Shown here piece after piece: positions 30,001 through 40,835 of a stretch of 64,000 bases of DNA. The stretch is from contig NC_068994.1 in assembly GCF_001194135.2 (NCBI RefSeq), positions 59,199,960 through 59,263,959 on the forward strand. The letters are read 5' to 3'. This DNA comes from Octopus bimaculoides. Lineage: Eukaryota. The translations under genes and the position numbers were made by a program. The notes below the pieces were generated by a model. It was not told the DNA's origin, ran no database searches, and saw only the letters and a list, made by a program, of their open reading frames with translations. Position 1 is the first letter of the stretch, and every line of letters starts with the position of its first letter.

Positions 30001-33000
30001 TTTCTCATTTCTCGTGTTCAGGCTGAGATTGAACTTAGGAACCATGAAAAGTAGTTGAATCTGTCTGTAGCAGAATGACTCTGAGCATTGGAAACTTGCA
30101 TGAAATGAAACTGTGTGTATCACATGACATATATGTAACATACAATGTATTGATAACATATACACAACGCACTCAGAACACATGTATAACAGAGGTAACA
30201 TGTATAACAGAGGTAACATGTATAACAGAGGTAACATGTATATGCACCCATGCATGGCATCTCCGTCTTTACATCTTTGCTGTCCTGAGAAACTAAAGCA
30301 GACATTGAATAATGCAGTCACAGATGTCAGAAGAACTAGTGATGTGGTCATGGCTGGAATGCCTTTGATCATTGCTCTGCTCAGTCAGGCCTGACCTAGG
30401 GCTAAACAATACCATAGCATCTCATAATCAACACATTTACAAAACCCTAAACAGTTAAAACTCCAATAAATTTTTCCGTCAATCTTAATAAGAATTGGTA
30501 CACAAAGTGACTCGGTTTACTTCACAATTACAGGGTTCTGAGTTCAAATCCACTATTCTACAATACATGTCTTCTGCTTGTTCCGTTCTTTGTTACTGAA
30601 ATTCTTTAGACAGAAACTGTAGAGAAGCCTGTCTAATAAACTGTATTTATTGTTTGGTTGTGGACTTCATTCCGTTTCATGTTTGATTCCATCATCAAAT
30701 ATTTTAATCCTGAAGAAAAAATTAATTTCTAAATAATTTTGTTTGAAACTATTTCCAAATGGTAATTATTTCTTCTATTCTGTGTCGTCCAGAAGTAAAC
30801 AGTCGAGATTTCAGAGCTTGGTATGGACTTGGCCAGACGTACGAGATCATGAAGATGCATTATTATAGTCTGTATTATTATTGGAAAGCACAACAACTTC
30901 GGTGAGTCATCTTATTTCTTGAAATAAATAAGACCTTCAGGTTATACTGTTCACAGCACTTCTACTCCCACCATCTTCCCCCAACTCTTGGCCTTTTGCT
31001 CCCACTCCTACTTCTCTCCTCGTTTACAGCAACTTCTAGGGTTGGTGCCATGGGAATATGCATCCAATATGCAAACAGCTTACCTGGCAGCCACACCTGC
31101 ACTTATTTAATTCTTCACTTCAATAACAATCGCTCAACACTTTGCTCTAAACTTGTTGTATATCATTGCAACGTTAAATCTTTATCAATTATTTATATTT
31201 GTTAACGAGCTGAAATCTTCTCTTTGCAGACCTAACGATTCCCGCATGTTAGTTGCCCTTGGTGATGGCTATGAAAAGCTAGAACGCTTGCAGGAAGCCA
31301 AAAAGTGTTATTGGAAAGCACACAGCGTCGGTGACGTGGAAGGAATTGCTCTCATGAGACTTGCAAGGTAACGTTTACTTTCAGCTCCAGTGTTTGTAGA
31401 AGTCATGGCAGAGCGCAGGATCACAAGTTCAAATCTTATCACTGTCATTGTGTTGGGACCTTGAGCAAGGCACTTAATTCCACTTGCTCTAATTTGTCTG
31501 ACTGAAGGAAATATTTTCAGTTTTACAATTAGTAATAGGAGAGTGGAGGTGGCAAGCGGTGGGGGGAGTCATTCAACTGGTAATTTTGTAAATATTTTGA
31601 TGTTTTACATTTAAAATTATTATCGTTGGAATTACTGTTGGTTTTATGCTGAATTTGGGAGATTTTAAGGATTATAAATTGTTTATCTAGATATTTTTAA
31701 TGTTGTCTTACTCCAAATAGCAATGCAAATGGACATGTCTTTCAAAGACTTTCTCTTTTAATCGTGCAGTGGAATGGGTGAAGAGGGAAGGACAGTTTAA
31801 CTCTGTTTATTTCTTGTTGAAATATTTCATTATCACTCTCTAATGCAGCGTTTCTCAACCAGGGTTCCCCGGAACCCTAGGGTTCTGTAAAAGGTTCCTA
31901 GGAGTTCTGTGAGAAAGAGTGAGATAAGCTAATGCAAATTTCATGATTGTAATATTACTGTACATGCACAACATATTGGTTAGTGCCGCTGGACTGGCTT
32001 TTGTGCAGGTGGCACATAAAAAACACCATTTGAGCGTAGCCATTGCCAGTACCGCCTGACTGGCCCTTGTGCTGGTGGCAAGTAAAAGCACCCATTACAC
32101 TCTCAGAGTGGTTGGCATTAGGAAAGGCATCCAGCTGTAGAAACTCTGCCAGATCAGATTGGAGCCTGGTGCAGCCATCTGGTTCGCCAGTCCTCAGTCA
32201 AATCGTCTAACCCATGCCAGCATGGGTTGGACGATGATGATGTAATATTGTAATATAGACATCATCCTAGCTAATCTATTATGTTATCAAAATATATAAC
32301 CACATATATTTATCATGTGAACTACGATGAAAAAATATGAGAAAGATATGGTATATAATTTATTTTGTGAAGGGGTTCCTTGAGACATGGAATTAATTTT
32401 TAAGGGTTACACAAGGGTAAAAAGGTTGAGAAACACTACTCTAATGGAACTTTCCTTTATTGCTTTCTGTAATTTTCTTGTCCTGTCTAATTACCAGCTG
32501 CTAACGAACATTTCCAATTATTTCTTTTAAATGTCAGACTGTATGAGAGGTTAAACGAAGAACAACAAGCTGCCGCAGCCTACAGTCAGTACATCAACCA
32601 GGTTCACAGACAGAATACATTGCGCAGGATTGGGGATCAGAATGTGAGTTATTTTATTGATTGTTCTTAGATTTCTGTTTGAATTTGATCTCTTTGATAC
32701 TCGTCACAGGAATTTGTTACCAGATTTCTGTTAGAATTTGCCGCCTTTGTTTCATTTAATTTTGGAAATAATGAATTTAGTAAAATAATTTTGTCATTAT
32801 TGGCACTGGTGTTGGTGCCATGTAAAAAGTACCCAGTCCACTTTGTAAAGTGGTTGGCATTAGGAAAGGCATCCAGCCATAGAAACCATACCAAAACAGA
32901 CAATTGCAGCCAGGTGCCGGTCTCCGACTGACCAGCTCCTGTCAAACTGTCCAACTTGTGGCAGCATGGGAGACGGATTTTAAATGATGATGATGATTGA

Positions 33001-34329
33001 GTCAGTGTTTGGAAATATATATTATTAACATGGAATTTTGATGGAATCAACTAATTTATATCACTTTAAGACACAAAGTTTGTATTATAGAAGGAAACAT
33101 GGGAGGGGAGGGTTCTTAATATTTTATATTTGATTAGAAAATTGGAAATTATAGATCAGAGTTTCTAAAAAATAAAGAAATATACAAAATCAATAGCAAA
33201 AAGTTGGTTTGGAATATTTTTTGCTACTTTTCTATGAAAGAATATTTTAAAACTATTAGTTTTTTTTTGTGTGATTTTATTAAAACAGTTGAATGTTGCA
33301 ATAAATGAGTATTTTATATAATCCGTTGATTTATATTTTGGTTTTAGAATTTCTACGCAAGTGAAGAAATGGCACAAGCTTATAAATACCTTGCCAACTT
33401 CTACCTCCGACAGAACCGTCTTGATGAGGCTTACCATGCTGCACAGCAATGTACATCATACAATGAAGTAGGCCAAAGTTGCTTTTTTTTATTGAATCTC
33501 TCTTTTAACCCTTTCATTACCATATTTCTGTTGAGATGCTCTGTCAGGTTTCTTTTTTATATTTAAAATTGATTTTAAATATAACAAAGAATTTAGTAAA
33601 ATACCTTAGTTATCATTCAGCTGGTGTTAGGAACATAAATTGTGACTAAGGTTTGGTGGAAGATTTTAATTCAAAACTTTAAAAAACAAGACATTTGTAG
33701 TACAGAGACAGGCAGTTTCAGCCAGGTTGGTATCAAAAGGGTTAAACAATTTTTATCACTTTATGTTCTGGCATTTGCTGAATTTTCTTTGAGAACAATT
33801 TTTCCTTAGTGGTCAGACCATATGGGGTCTACATTTGGCATATTAGAAGTCCACCTAGTGGTCATTCCTCTTATATGTATGTAATATAATTTTCTGAATC
33901 TTCAGATTTTTTCAATACGCTAGGCCTCTGGTTTAAATTGATATTAATCAAATCAATATCAATTTTTTACCCTTATTATTTAAATTTAAATTTGAAATTT
34001 ATATTTAGAAACTTTGCCATAAAAAGGAGAAACTGGGTTTTTTCCCACAAGAAGTTGAGCCAAACTGTTAAAAATCTCTCTTAAATCAATTTGTAATGAA
34101 AATATTAAAAATTTTGGATTTTCCTATCAAAATGTTTTCGTTTATTCTTCAGACAAAAGAAGAAGGCAAAGCCTTGCTGCGACAGATTGCTCATCTGCGT
34201 GTTGGTGATGGAGCGACACAGATGGAGGAGAGCACAGATTCCATCACCAATGAATTGCCAGAAACAACTGTTGAACATTCTCCTTTAATGCAAATAATCA
34301 GCGGAAGACATAGCTTTACACCTCCTTAA
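21247..34329 (+). CDS. CDC23: Cell division cycle protein 23 homolog (APC8, TPR subunit of APC/C), 14 exons with exon 7 unsequenced
   Basis: Exons 21247-21347, 23513-23585, 24049-24241, 24924-25032, 25573-25705, 26309-26486, [gap], 28417-28498, 29609-29773, 30793-30901, 31230-31367, 32538-32643, 33348-33467, 34153-34329. Translation shows CDC23 hallmarks: [97 protein letters not shown]. Confidence 0.97.
22970..23190 (-). mobile_element. Family A repeat copy (CDC23 intron 1)
   Basis: GCCCTTCCTAACACCAGCCACTTTACAG...GGTGCTTT. Confidence 0.75.
23513..23585 (+). CDS. CDC23: CDC23 exon 2
   Basis: [24 protein letters not shown]; ttttcag acceptor, gtaagt donor. Confidence 0.9.
24049..24241 (+). CDS. 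CDC23: CDC23 exon 3
   Basis: [20 protein letters not shown]...[16 protein letters not shown]. Confidence 0.95.
24650..24832 (+). mobile_element. Family A repeat copy (also 26790-26940, 28620-28720, 32810-33000)
   Basis: AAAAGCACCCAC...AAGGGCATCCAGCC...AACCCATGCTAGCATGG. Confidence 0.78.
24924..25032 (+). CDS. CDC23: CDC23 exon 4
   Basis: [20 protein letters not shown]. Confidence 0.95.
25573..25705 (+). CDS. CDC23: CDC23 exon 5
   Basis: [14 protein letters not shown]...[19 protein letters not shown]. Confidence 0.96.
26309..26486 (+). CDS. CDC23: CDC23 exon 6
   Basis: [24 protein letters not shown]...[14 protein letters not shown]. Confidence 0.96.
27336..27828. other. Assembly gap predicted to contain CDC23 exon 7
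   Basis: N-run; phase and homology discontinuity between exons 6 and 8. Confidence 0.8.
27890..28130 (-). mobile_element. tRNA-derived SINE family B copy
   Basis: GACCCCGAAAGGATGAAAGGCAAAGTCGGCCTCGGCAGAATTTGAACTCAG. Confidence 0.8.
28417..28498 (+). CDS. CDC23: CDC23 exon 8
   Basis: [27 protein letters not shown]. Confidence 0.96.
28890..29362 (+). mobile_element. Long, well-conserved family A copy with an internal subrepeat
   Basis: Duplicated AGATCGTTGCCAGTGCCCCTGGACTGG...CACCATTT(C)GAGCGTGGCCGTT, then the standard 3' end and (GAT)n. Confidence 0.85.
29609..29773 (+). CDS. CDC23: CDC23 exon 9
   Basis: [24 protein letters not shown]...[10 protein letters not shown]. Confidence 0.97.
30181..30241 (+). 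repeat. 18-bp tandem repeat, about 3.3 copies
   Basis: CATGTATAACAGAGGTAA x3. Confidence 0.92.
30793..30901 (+). CDS. CDC23: CDC23 exon 10
   Basis: [35 protein letters not shown]. Confidence 0.97.
31230..31367 (+). CDS. CDC23: CDC23 exon 11
   Basis: [45 protein letters not shown]. Confidence 0.97.
31846..32438. mobile_element. hAT (Charlie-like) MITE with a nested family A SINE (about 31982-32242)
   Basis: TIRs CAGCGTTTCTCAACC and GGTTGAGAAACACTA; perfect 8-bp TSD CTCTAATG at 31838-45 and 32439-46. Confidence 0.9.
32538..32643 (+). CDS. CDC23: CDC23 exon 12
   Basis: [21 protein letters not shown]; atgtcag acceptor, gtgagt donor. Confidence 0.93.
33348..33467 (+). CDS. CDC23: CDC23 exon 13
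   Basis: [35 protein letters not shown]. Confidence 0.93.
33509..33741. mobile_element. piggyBac-type MITE (related fragments near 32690-33080 and 53570-53730)
   Basis: TTAA|CCCTTTCATTACCA ... TGGTATCAAAAGGG|TTAA. Confidence 0.8.
34153..34329 (+). CDS. CDC23: CDC23 exon 14 (terminal, TAA)
   Basis: [16 protein letters not shown]...SFTPP*. Confidence 0.93.
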   Translation, partial: TKEEGKALLRQIAHLRVGDGATQMEESTDSITNELPETTVEHSPLMQIISGRHSFTPP

Positions 34330-35011
34330 ACCTCATCTAATTAAAACTAATTAAAACAAAATAATTGCTTATTTTCGTTAAATTATTTTTATGTTTGCAA
34401 TTTAATCAAAATCATTGAGAAAGTAAACACTTGAGGAAAAATCTCATTTTCTTTCTTAATAATTGGTTAAATTTTCAATTTCAGTTGATGTCTGTTGATG
34501 ACCTCTCCTTTTAATCCCTTCCTGTGGCCATGCTGGGGCACCATGCTCAAAGCTTTTAGTCAATTTTATTGACCAGTTACACGTTTTTAAATCCTTGTCT
34601 CTTCACCCAAAAGCTAAATTAGTATTTGGGACATAAATGGTTGCAATACTGGTTTATACAGCTAAACAACCACACACACACACACCTATACTTACATTTA
34701 GGTGACAGCAAAAGTTAATACTCGATGCAGAGTAGAGTTCCTCATGTTTCAGACCAACTCCTTCTCCCATCACATTTGCCTTCCTCATCACTTCCTGTCT
34801 GTGCAAACTCTCTTATGATGTTATTCCGTGTTCCCCTTCGGTTACTTCCAGCCACTCACGCAGACACTATAGAACACTTCTGTCTTCCCTTGTTTCTCCT
34901 TTTAGTCTCAATCCTCAAGTAGGACTTCCTCTGGAATATTTCAAAACTCTGCTTCCCACTTCTTACTGGCACCGACCACCAGTCTCCTTGAATTCTGCTT
35001 TTACACACACA

Positions 35012-35054
<43 letters not shown>

Positions 35055-36159
35055 AGAAATGCATCTATGAAATTCTATTTGAGGTTACAATAGAAGATAC
35101 TTGTCCAAGGCACCATGCATTGGGAATTATCCCCAAACCATTCTGTTGTGGGTTCTTAGCTCTGAAGTTTTGCCAAGTCACTTACTTCAGCTCGGATCAC
35201 TCTGTGTTGTCATCTAAATAATGCAGCAAACCTCGTCCCATTCCGGATTGATCTGGTTCAGTTCTTTCCTCTGGAACTGGTCATTGTACATTTGAAGTCT
35301 TTGGGGAATGTCTGATCCCAGCTGTTCTTGGATTGGCCCTTTTTTCCATTTCCTCTTTCCTAAGTATCCATGTCATTGCAGTCTTCAAGTATGACTGGCA
35401 CCAAAATACGATCTGTTGGATAAAACTGATGCAGTGCCATGATGTCTTGTGGTTGGGATTATTTGCTTTACTGAAGGATTTCATAATTCTATCTCGTCAG
35501 GTTATTTTAAACATCTTTTATTAGCAAGATTAGGGAAATGTGTCCAGTTTCTTTGGCAATCTTTGCTGATATTTTCCATATTTCACTGCCAGACAACACC
35601 ATTGGCTGAACTATTGAACCATATCGCCAGACCTTCATGTCAATACTGGGGCTTGGTGGTGCCCAGTTTTGGCACATTCGCAGGAATACAACTCCTACTT
35701 AATTCTACTGTACGCATCACTTACCACTTTCAATTACCTCTTACTTTGGGAATGGAATGAGTAAACAGAGAAGTCTGTTGTAACCCAAATTGCCCACCTC
35801 CACCACCTATCGGCCATATGGCGCTAACTCCAGACCCTGCCCTTTCTTCAAAAGTGATGTGCTTGGAATTTCTTTCCTGTTCATGTTTCCCTTGCAGCTT
35901 TCTATTTTTAGTCTTTTGTGAAGAACACAAAATGTATGAACAGTAAAAAGATTTCCTCATAAAACCAAACAATTTAAAAGACGGATAATCGAAACCAAAG
36001 AATTTCTTTCTCCTTTCTATCATGTCCTAACTTTGTGTGGGTGGGACCATTTTAAATTTGTAAAAATAATGATTTTTAGTTGTTTTGTAATCCTTGCTTT
36101 TTTAATATCAACATTCATAACGCATGTGAGTGCAGGATACAATTGGCTCATTTATAATC

Positions 36160-36745
36160 ATCATCATTTAACGTCCGTTTTCCAAGATGGTATGGATTGG
36201 ATGGTTTGACAGGAACTGGTAAACCAAGGAAGTGCCATCATATTCCAGTGACTGTGTTGGCATGGTCACTACGGCTGGATGGCCTTCCTAACACCAACCA
36301 CTTTACAGATTGTACTGGGTGCTTTTTCTGTGGCACCAGCAAGATCACCAAGTAACCTGCAAGACAAATATCCCCTGAACTGGGAAGGGGAGTGGCTTTG
36401 TTCCAGGGGTACTCAGAGGTTAAACTATGATAAAAGAACAAGAATAAGTATCTTTCTGTGGAGGAGATACATGGCTAATCCAATTGGAGAGAGTGAGAGA
36501 GATGGTGATGGTGGGTCAAGTCCAGTCCTCACAGTACTGCCTGACTGGCCTTCATGCCGGTGGCACGTAAAAGCACCCACTACACTCTCGGAGTGGTTGG
36601 CGTTAGGAAGGGCATCCAGCTGTAGAAACTCTACCAAATCAGATTGGAGCCTGGTGTAGCCATCTGGTTCGCCAGTCCTCAGTCAAATCGTCCAACCCAT
36701 GCTAGCATAGAAATTGGACGTTAAACGATGATGATGATGATTACT
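36160..36745. mobile_element. Inverted pair of family A copies (36160-36400 minus, 36535-36745 plus)
   Basis: Tails point outward: (CAT)n on the left, (GAT)n on the right. Confidence 0.78.
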
Positions 36746-36833
36746 ACTACTACTACAAGATCATTATCTGTTGATATGCTGCCAACCCAAAATAACTATA
36801 AATATAGAAAGAAAACTAGCTTTTACTACCTTC

Positions 36834-36889
<56 letters not shown>

Positions 36890-37454
36890 NNNNNNNNNNN
36901 NNNNNNNNNNNNNNNNNNNNNNNNNNNNNNNNNNNNNNNNNNNNNNNNNNNNNNNNNNNNNNNNNNNNNNNNNNNNNNNNNNNNNNNNNNNNNNNNNNNN
37001 NNNNNNNNNNNNNNNNNNNNNNNNNNNNNNNNNNNNNNNNNNNNNNNNNNNNNNNNNNNNNNNNNNNNNNNNNNNNNNNNNNNNNNNNNNNNNNNNNNNN
37101 NNNNNNNNNNNNNNNNNNNNNNNNNNNNNNNNNNNNNNNNNNNNNNNNNNNNNNNNNNNNNNNNNNNNNNNNNNNNNNNNNNNNNNNNNNNNNNNNNNNN
37201 TATTACGTGTCAAAAGTGAAACAAAAACACTCATGTCAAATACTTTCATTTTAAAAATGAAACTATTCCACTAACTGAAACAATCACATTTCGATACTGT
37301 AATGACAGATACTTTCACAGAGAGAGAAAGAGAGAGATCCCTAAAACTTGAGAACTACACAACCAATTTCATTCAAAAAACTCCAAAATTGATCCACACC
37401 CCTCCCGTTATCGTCATCATTATCTTTATCAGCGCCATTATTATCATTATGTTG

Positions 37455-37635
37455 ACGAACTGGCAGAGTCTTTAGCACGCTGGACAAAATGCTTTTCTGA
37501 GTTCAAATTCCGCCGAGGTCGGCTTTGCCTGTCATCGCTTCGGGGTCGATAAAATGAGTATCAATTGAACACTGAGGTCAATGTAATCGACTTAACCCGA
37601 AATTGCTGGCCTTGTATCATAATCTGAAATCAATA
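37455..37635 (+). mobile_element. tRNA-derived SINE family B copy (another at 38805-38990)
   Basis: A-box TGGCAGAGTCTTTAG, B-box GAGTTCAAATTCC, then GGGGTCGATAAAAT. Confidence 0.8.
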
Positions 37636-37894
37636 TCATAATTAATGTAATAATAATAATAATAATAATCACAAAAAGTCAAAAAGTCGGGCGAGTGCAG
37701 AAAGTGAGAGGATGGAGGCTTTTATTTTCGTTTTCGTTTATTTATTTTGCGTAATTGCAAATCCCTGAGGTTTAAAAACATGGAAATAGGATGGACTGAA
37801 TCTCATTTCAAGATAACACTATTAGTGCAACAACAGCAATAACAACAACAACAATAATAATAATAATAATAATAATTATTATTATTATTATTAT

Positions 37895-38280
37895 TATTTT
37901 ACTTATTTCAGTCATTTGACTGCGGCCATGCTAGAGCACCGCCTTTAGTCGAGCAAATCGTCCCCAGGACTTATTCTTTGTAAGCCTAGTACTTATTCTA
38001 TCGGTCTATCTTGCCGAACCGCTAAGTTGCGGGGACGTAAACACACCAATATCGGTTGTCAAGCAATGTTGGGGGGACAAACACAGACACGCAAACACAC
38101 ACACATATACATACATATATACGACGGGCTTCTTTCAGTTTCCGTCTACCAAATCCACTCACAAGGCTTTGGTCAGCCGGATACTATAGTAGAAAACACT
38201 TGCCCAAGGTACCACACAGTGGGACTGAACCCGGAACCATGTAGTTGATAAGCAAGCTACTTATCACACAGCCACTCCTG
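37895..38280 (-). mobile_element. Near full-length tRNA-derived SINE family C (parts also at 8640-8810, 14770-14950, 16360-16505, 26940-27060, 62180-62345)
   Basis: Head GGAGTGGCTGTGTG...GGTTCAGTCCCAC, internal CA repeat, tail CTAGCATGGCCGCAGTCAAATGACTGAAA. Confidence 0.82.
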
Positions 38281-38352
38281 ATAGTGATAGATAGAGAGAG
38301 GGAGATTTGTGGATCTAAAAGTTGGGTTATTTCTCAGGAGAAAATTATATTC

Positions 38353-38384
<32 letters not shown>

Positions 38385-38387
<3 letters not shown>

Positions 38388-38780
38388 GACTCCACTTTCG
38401 AGTTATCTCTATTTCTAGGTCTTTGTATTTTGAAAACTTCTCCATTTCTTTTAGAGAAAGATTATTATCTGTTGGTATTGATATATCAATTAGAAAGCAT
38501 TTTTTCTTGATGATCTCTGACAACTATATCTGGCCTATTGGCCTTAATTTCTCTATCTGTGTGTATTGGCATATCCCAGAGTATGGTTGCTCTCTCATTT
38601 TCTGTGAGCTTTTCTGGCGTATGCCTATACCATCTTTCTTCTGTTGTTATTCCATAGTGTTAGCATAGCTTCCAGTGTATATAGGTCTCGACTCTGTCGT
38701 GTCTATGAATATATTCCTTCTTAGTCAGGACTGGGCAGCCAGAGACAGTGTGATTTATTGTTCCTTGTCCATCTCATCAT
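38385..38780 (-). mobile_element. RLE-type non-LTR fragment (CCHC region plus PD-D/ExK endonuclease)
   Basis: TINHTVSGCPVLTKKEYIHRHD...ILWDMPIHTDREIKANRPDIVV...FLIDISIP...EKFSKYKDLEIEI. Confidence 0.82.
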
Positions 38781-39810
38781 ATTCTGCAGTTGCTAGGCAA
38801 CAAACGGACAGAATCGTTAGCACGGTGGACGAAACGCTTAGCGGTATTTCACCCGTCGCTTCGTTCTGAGTCGAGGTCGATTTCGCCTTTCATTCTTTTG
38901 GGGTCGATGAATTAAGTATCAGTCAAGTACCTGGGGGTCGAAGTAATCGACGCATCCCCCTCCCCTCAAATTCTGGGCCTGACTATGTGAATTTTCTGAG
39001 TCCTCTCCCCCCCTCCCCGTTCGCGAGCGCGCATTTTATTTTTTCATATTCGATTAGAGAAAGTTGTTTTATACTTATTACTAGTTTTTGGTATTTTTTG
39101 TTCGATTCAAACAGCAAAAGAAAAAGCGTGTAATTAAAGGGACGTAACTTGTTCAGATTAAGGGAGGCAATTCCCACGTGGTTATTGGTTTTGGTGTCTT
39201 TAATGAAAACATTTGTTTGTAAATACCCTGACTAATGGAACAAGTAAATCGTACATTCGGGCCCAGTGTATATTATCAGGTTTCCGCTAAATTGAGGAGG
39301 ACAGTTTACTCCAAAATGCAGAGATTTATGACATGTTGCAGTATTTCCTTGTGGAACCTGTTCTGTCTTTGGTGGTTGCCCGTAATGGAACCGAGCAAGG
39401 TGCGGCGAGTCTCTCTCTCTTTTCCTTTTGAAACTTGGTTGTTATCTTATATCTCTCTCTAATTTTGTGCTTCATAGAATAAAAAATAATAATCGTAGGA
39501 AACGACAGAAGTTATGTTGTAATATATAACTGTGCATCGTCAAAAACCTTGAAACTTTCCGCAGCAAATATAAACTTCAATTGGGTCCAACTGCTACCTT
39601 AATTCATATTAAACACAATGAATAACTCCATGAATTTAGGTGGGGATTTAGAAACAGAGCTCTGATAATTTAGTTAATAATTTCAAAATACTGTCTTTTC
39701 TCTATTCAGTAAATATAGGTTGTTGCGAGTGTTATTGTTGTGAACAAATAAAAATAAAACTTGTTCCTAACAACGGAAGCGATGTTATTAATTTCACTTT
39801 CACTACTACA

Positions 39811-39944
39811 ATGGCTGCAACTTGTTCGTCCGTCGGTTACTGGACTAACGTGAAAGGCTTACTTTTAGATATAACAGGAGTTCTTTATGAAAGTACAGAA
39901 AGCGGGGGTTGTGCTATTGAAGGTTCGGTTGAAGCTATACAAAG
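39811..39944 (+). CDS. LHPP: LHPP exon 1
   Basis: MAATCSSVGYWTNVKGLLLDITGVLYESTESGGCAIEGSVEAIQ. Confidence 0.93.
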
Positions 39945-40793
39945 GTATTTCTAAAATTATTTATGATTCACATAGGTGACTATGTAGTAAAGACATCGAT
40001 ATAATGGAAGAAATCTATGTTGTTCCAATTCTTTACTCTCAGTGCAAAAAAGTCTAAATTCCTCTTTTGTCCTAATTTGCGATGTATATGTTCATGATTT
40101 CCGGTTTTCTACGCCAGATATGCTTGCATTGGATGTCTTTAAGGAGAAAGATAGCTGAAACTCGACTTACGATTACTTGTTTGTCAATTAAAACATTGTT
40201 TTCATTATCACCATCATCATCATCATCATTATTATTATTATTGTCATCATCGTTATTATTATCATAATATTATTTCGAAGAAAAATAAGGCAATCCTTCG
40301 ATATAACTCGACAAAACCGAAACAAACACTCGGCTGTTTCCGTGACGACTTGACAATTCACTTCGGATATCTTCGTGACCTCCCTGACAGCTGCTGTAAC
40401 CTCTCTGTGTGTGAGTGCTTGTTCTTGTCTGTGTGTCTGTGGGTGTGTGTGCGTGCTTGTTCTTGTCTGTGTGTGTGTGTGTGTGCTGGTTCTGTTTTTA
40501 TGTATTTATGTGTTTTCGATTGTTTTCTGCTTGGAAATTTTGCGGATTTCACATACACACACATGAAGCAGGTAAGAACAAATATGCAAGGCTTTTTGCT
40601 GGCAAGCACGCACACACGCACACACAGGGACAAGAACAAACACGCACAGACAAACATACACACATGAATAAGCACGCACACACACACACAGAAGTCACGG
40701 AGGTCACGAAGATATCCGAAGTGAATTGTCAAGTTGTCACGGAAACAGCCGAGTGTTTGTTTTGGTTTTGTTGCGTTATATCGAAGGATTGCC

Positions 40794-40835
<42 letters not shown>

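Noticed and set aside
30181-30241. CRISPR-like array (also 8323-8413 and 56570-56617)
   Set aside because: Contiguous tandem units with no unique spacers, no cas genes, and a eukaryotic context.
35220-35760. Possible gene downstream of CDC23
   Set aside because: Only faint RTE-like peptide remnants on the minus strand (LVPVIL, TWILRKEE); too decayed to call.
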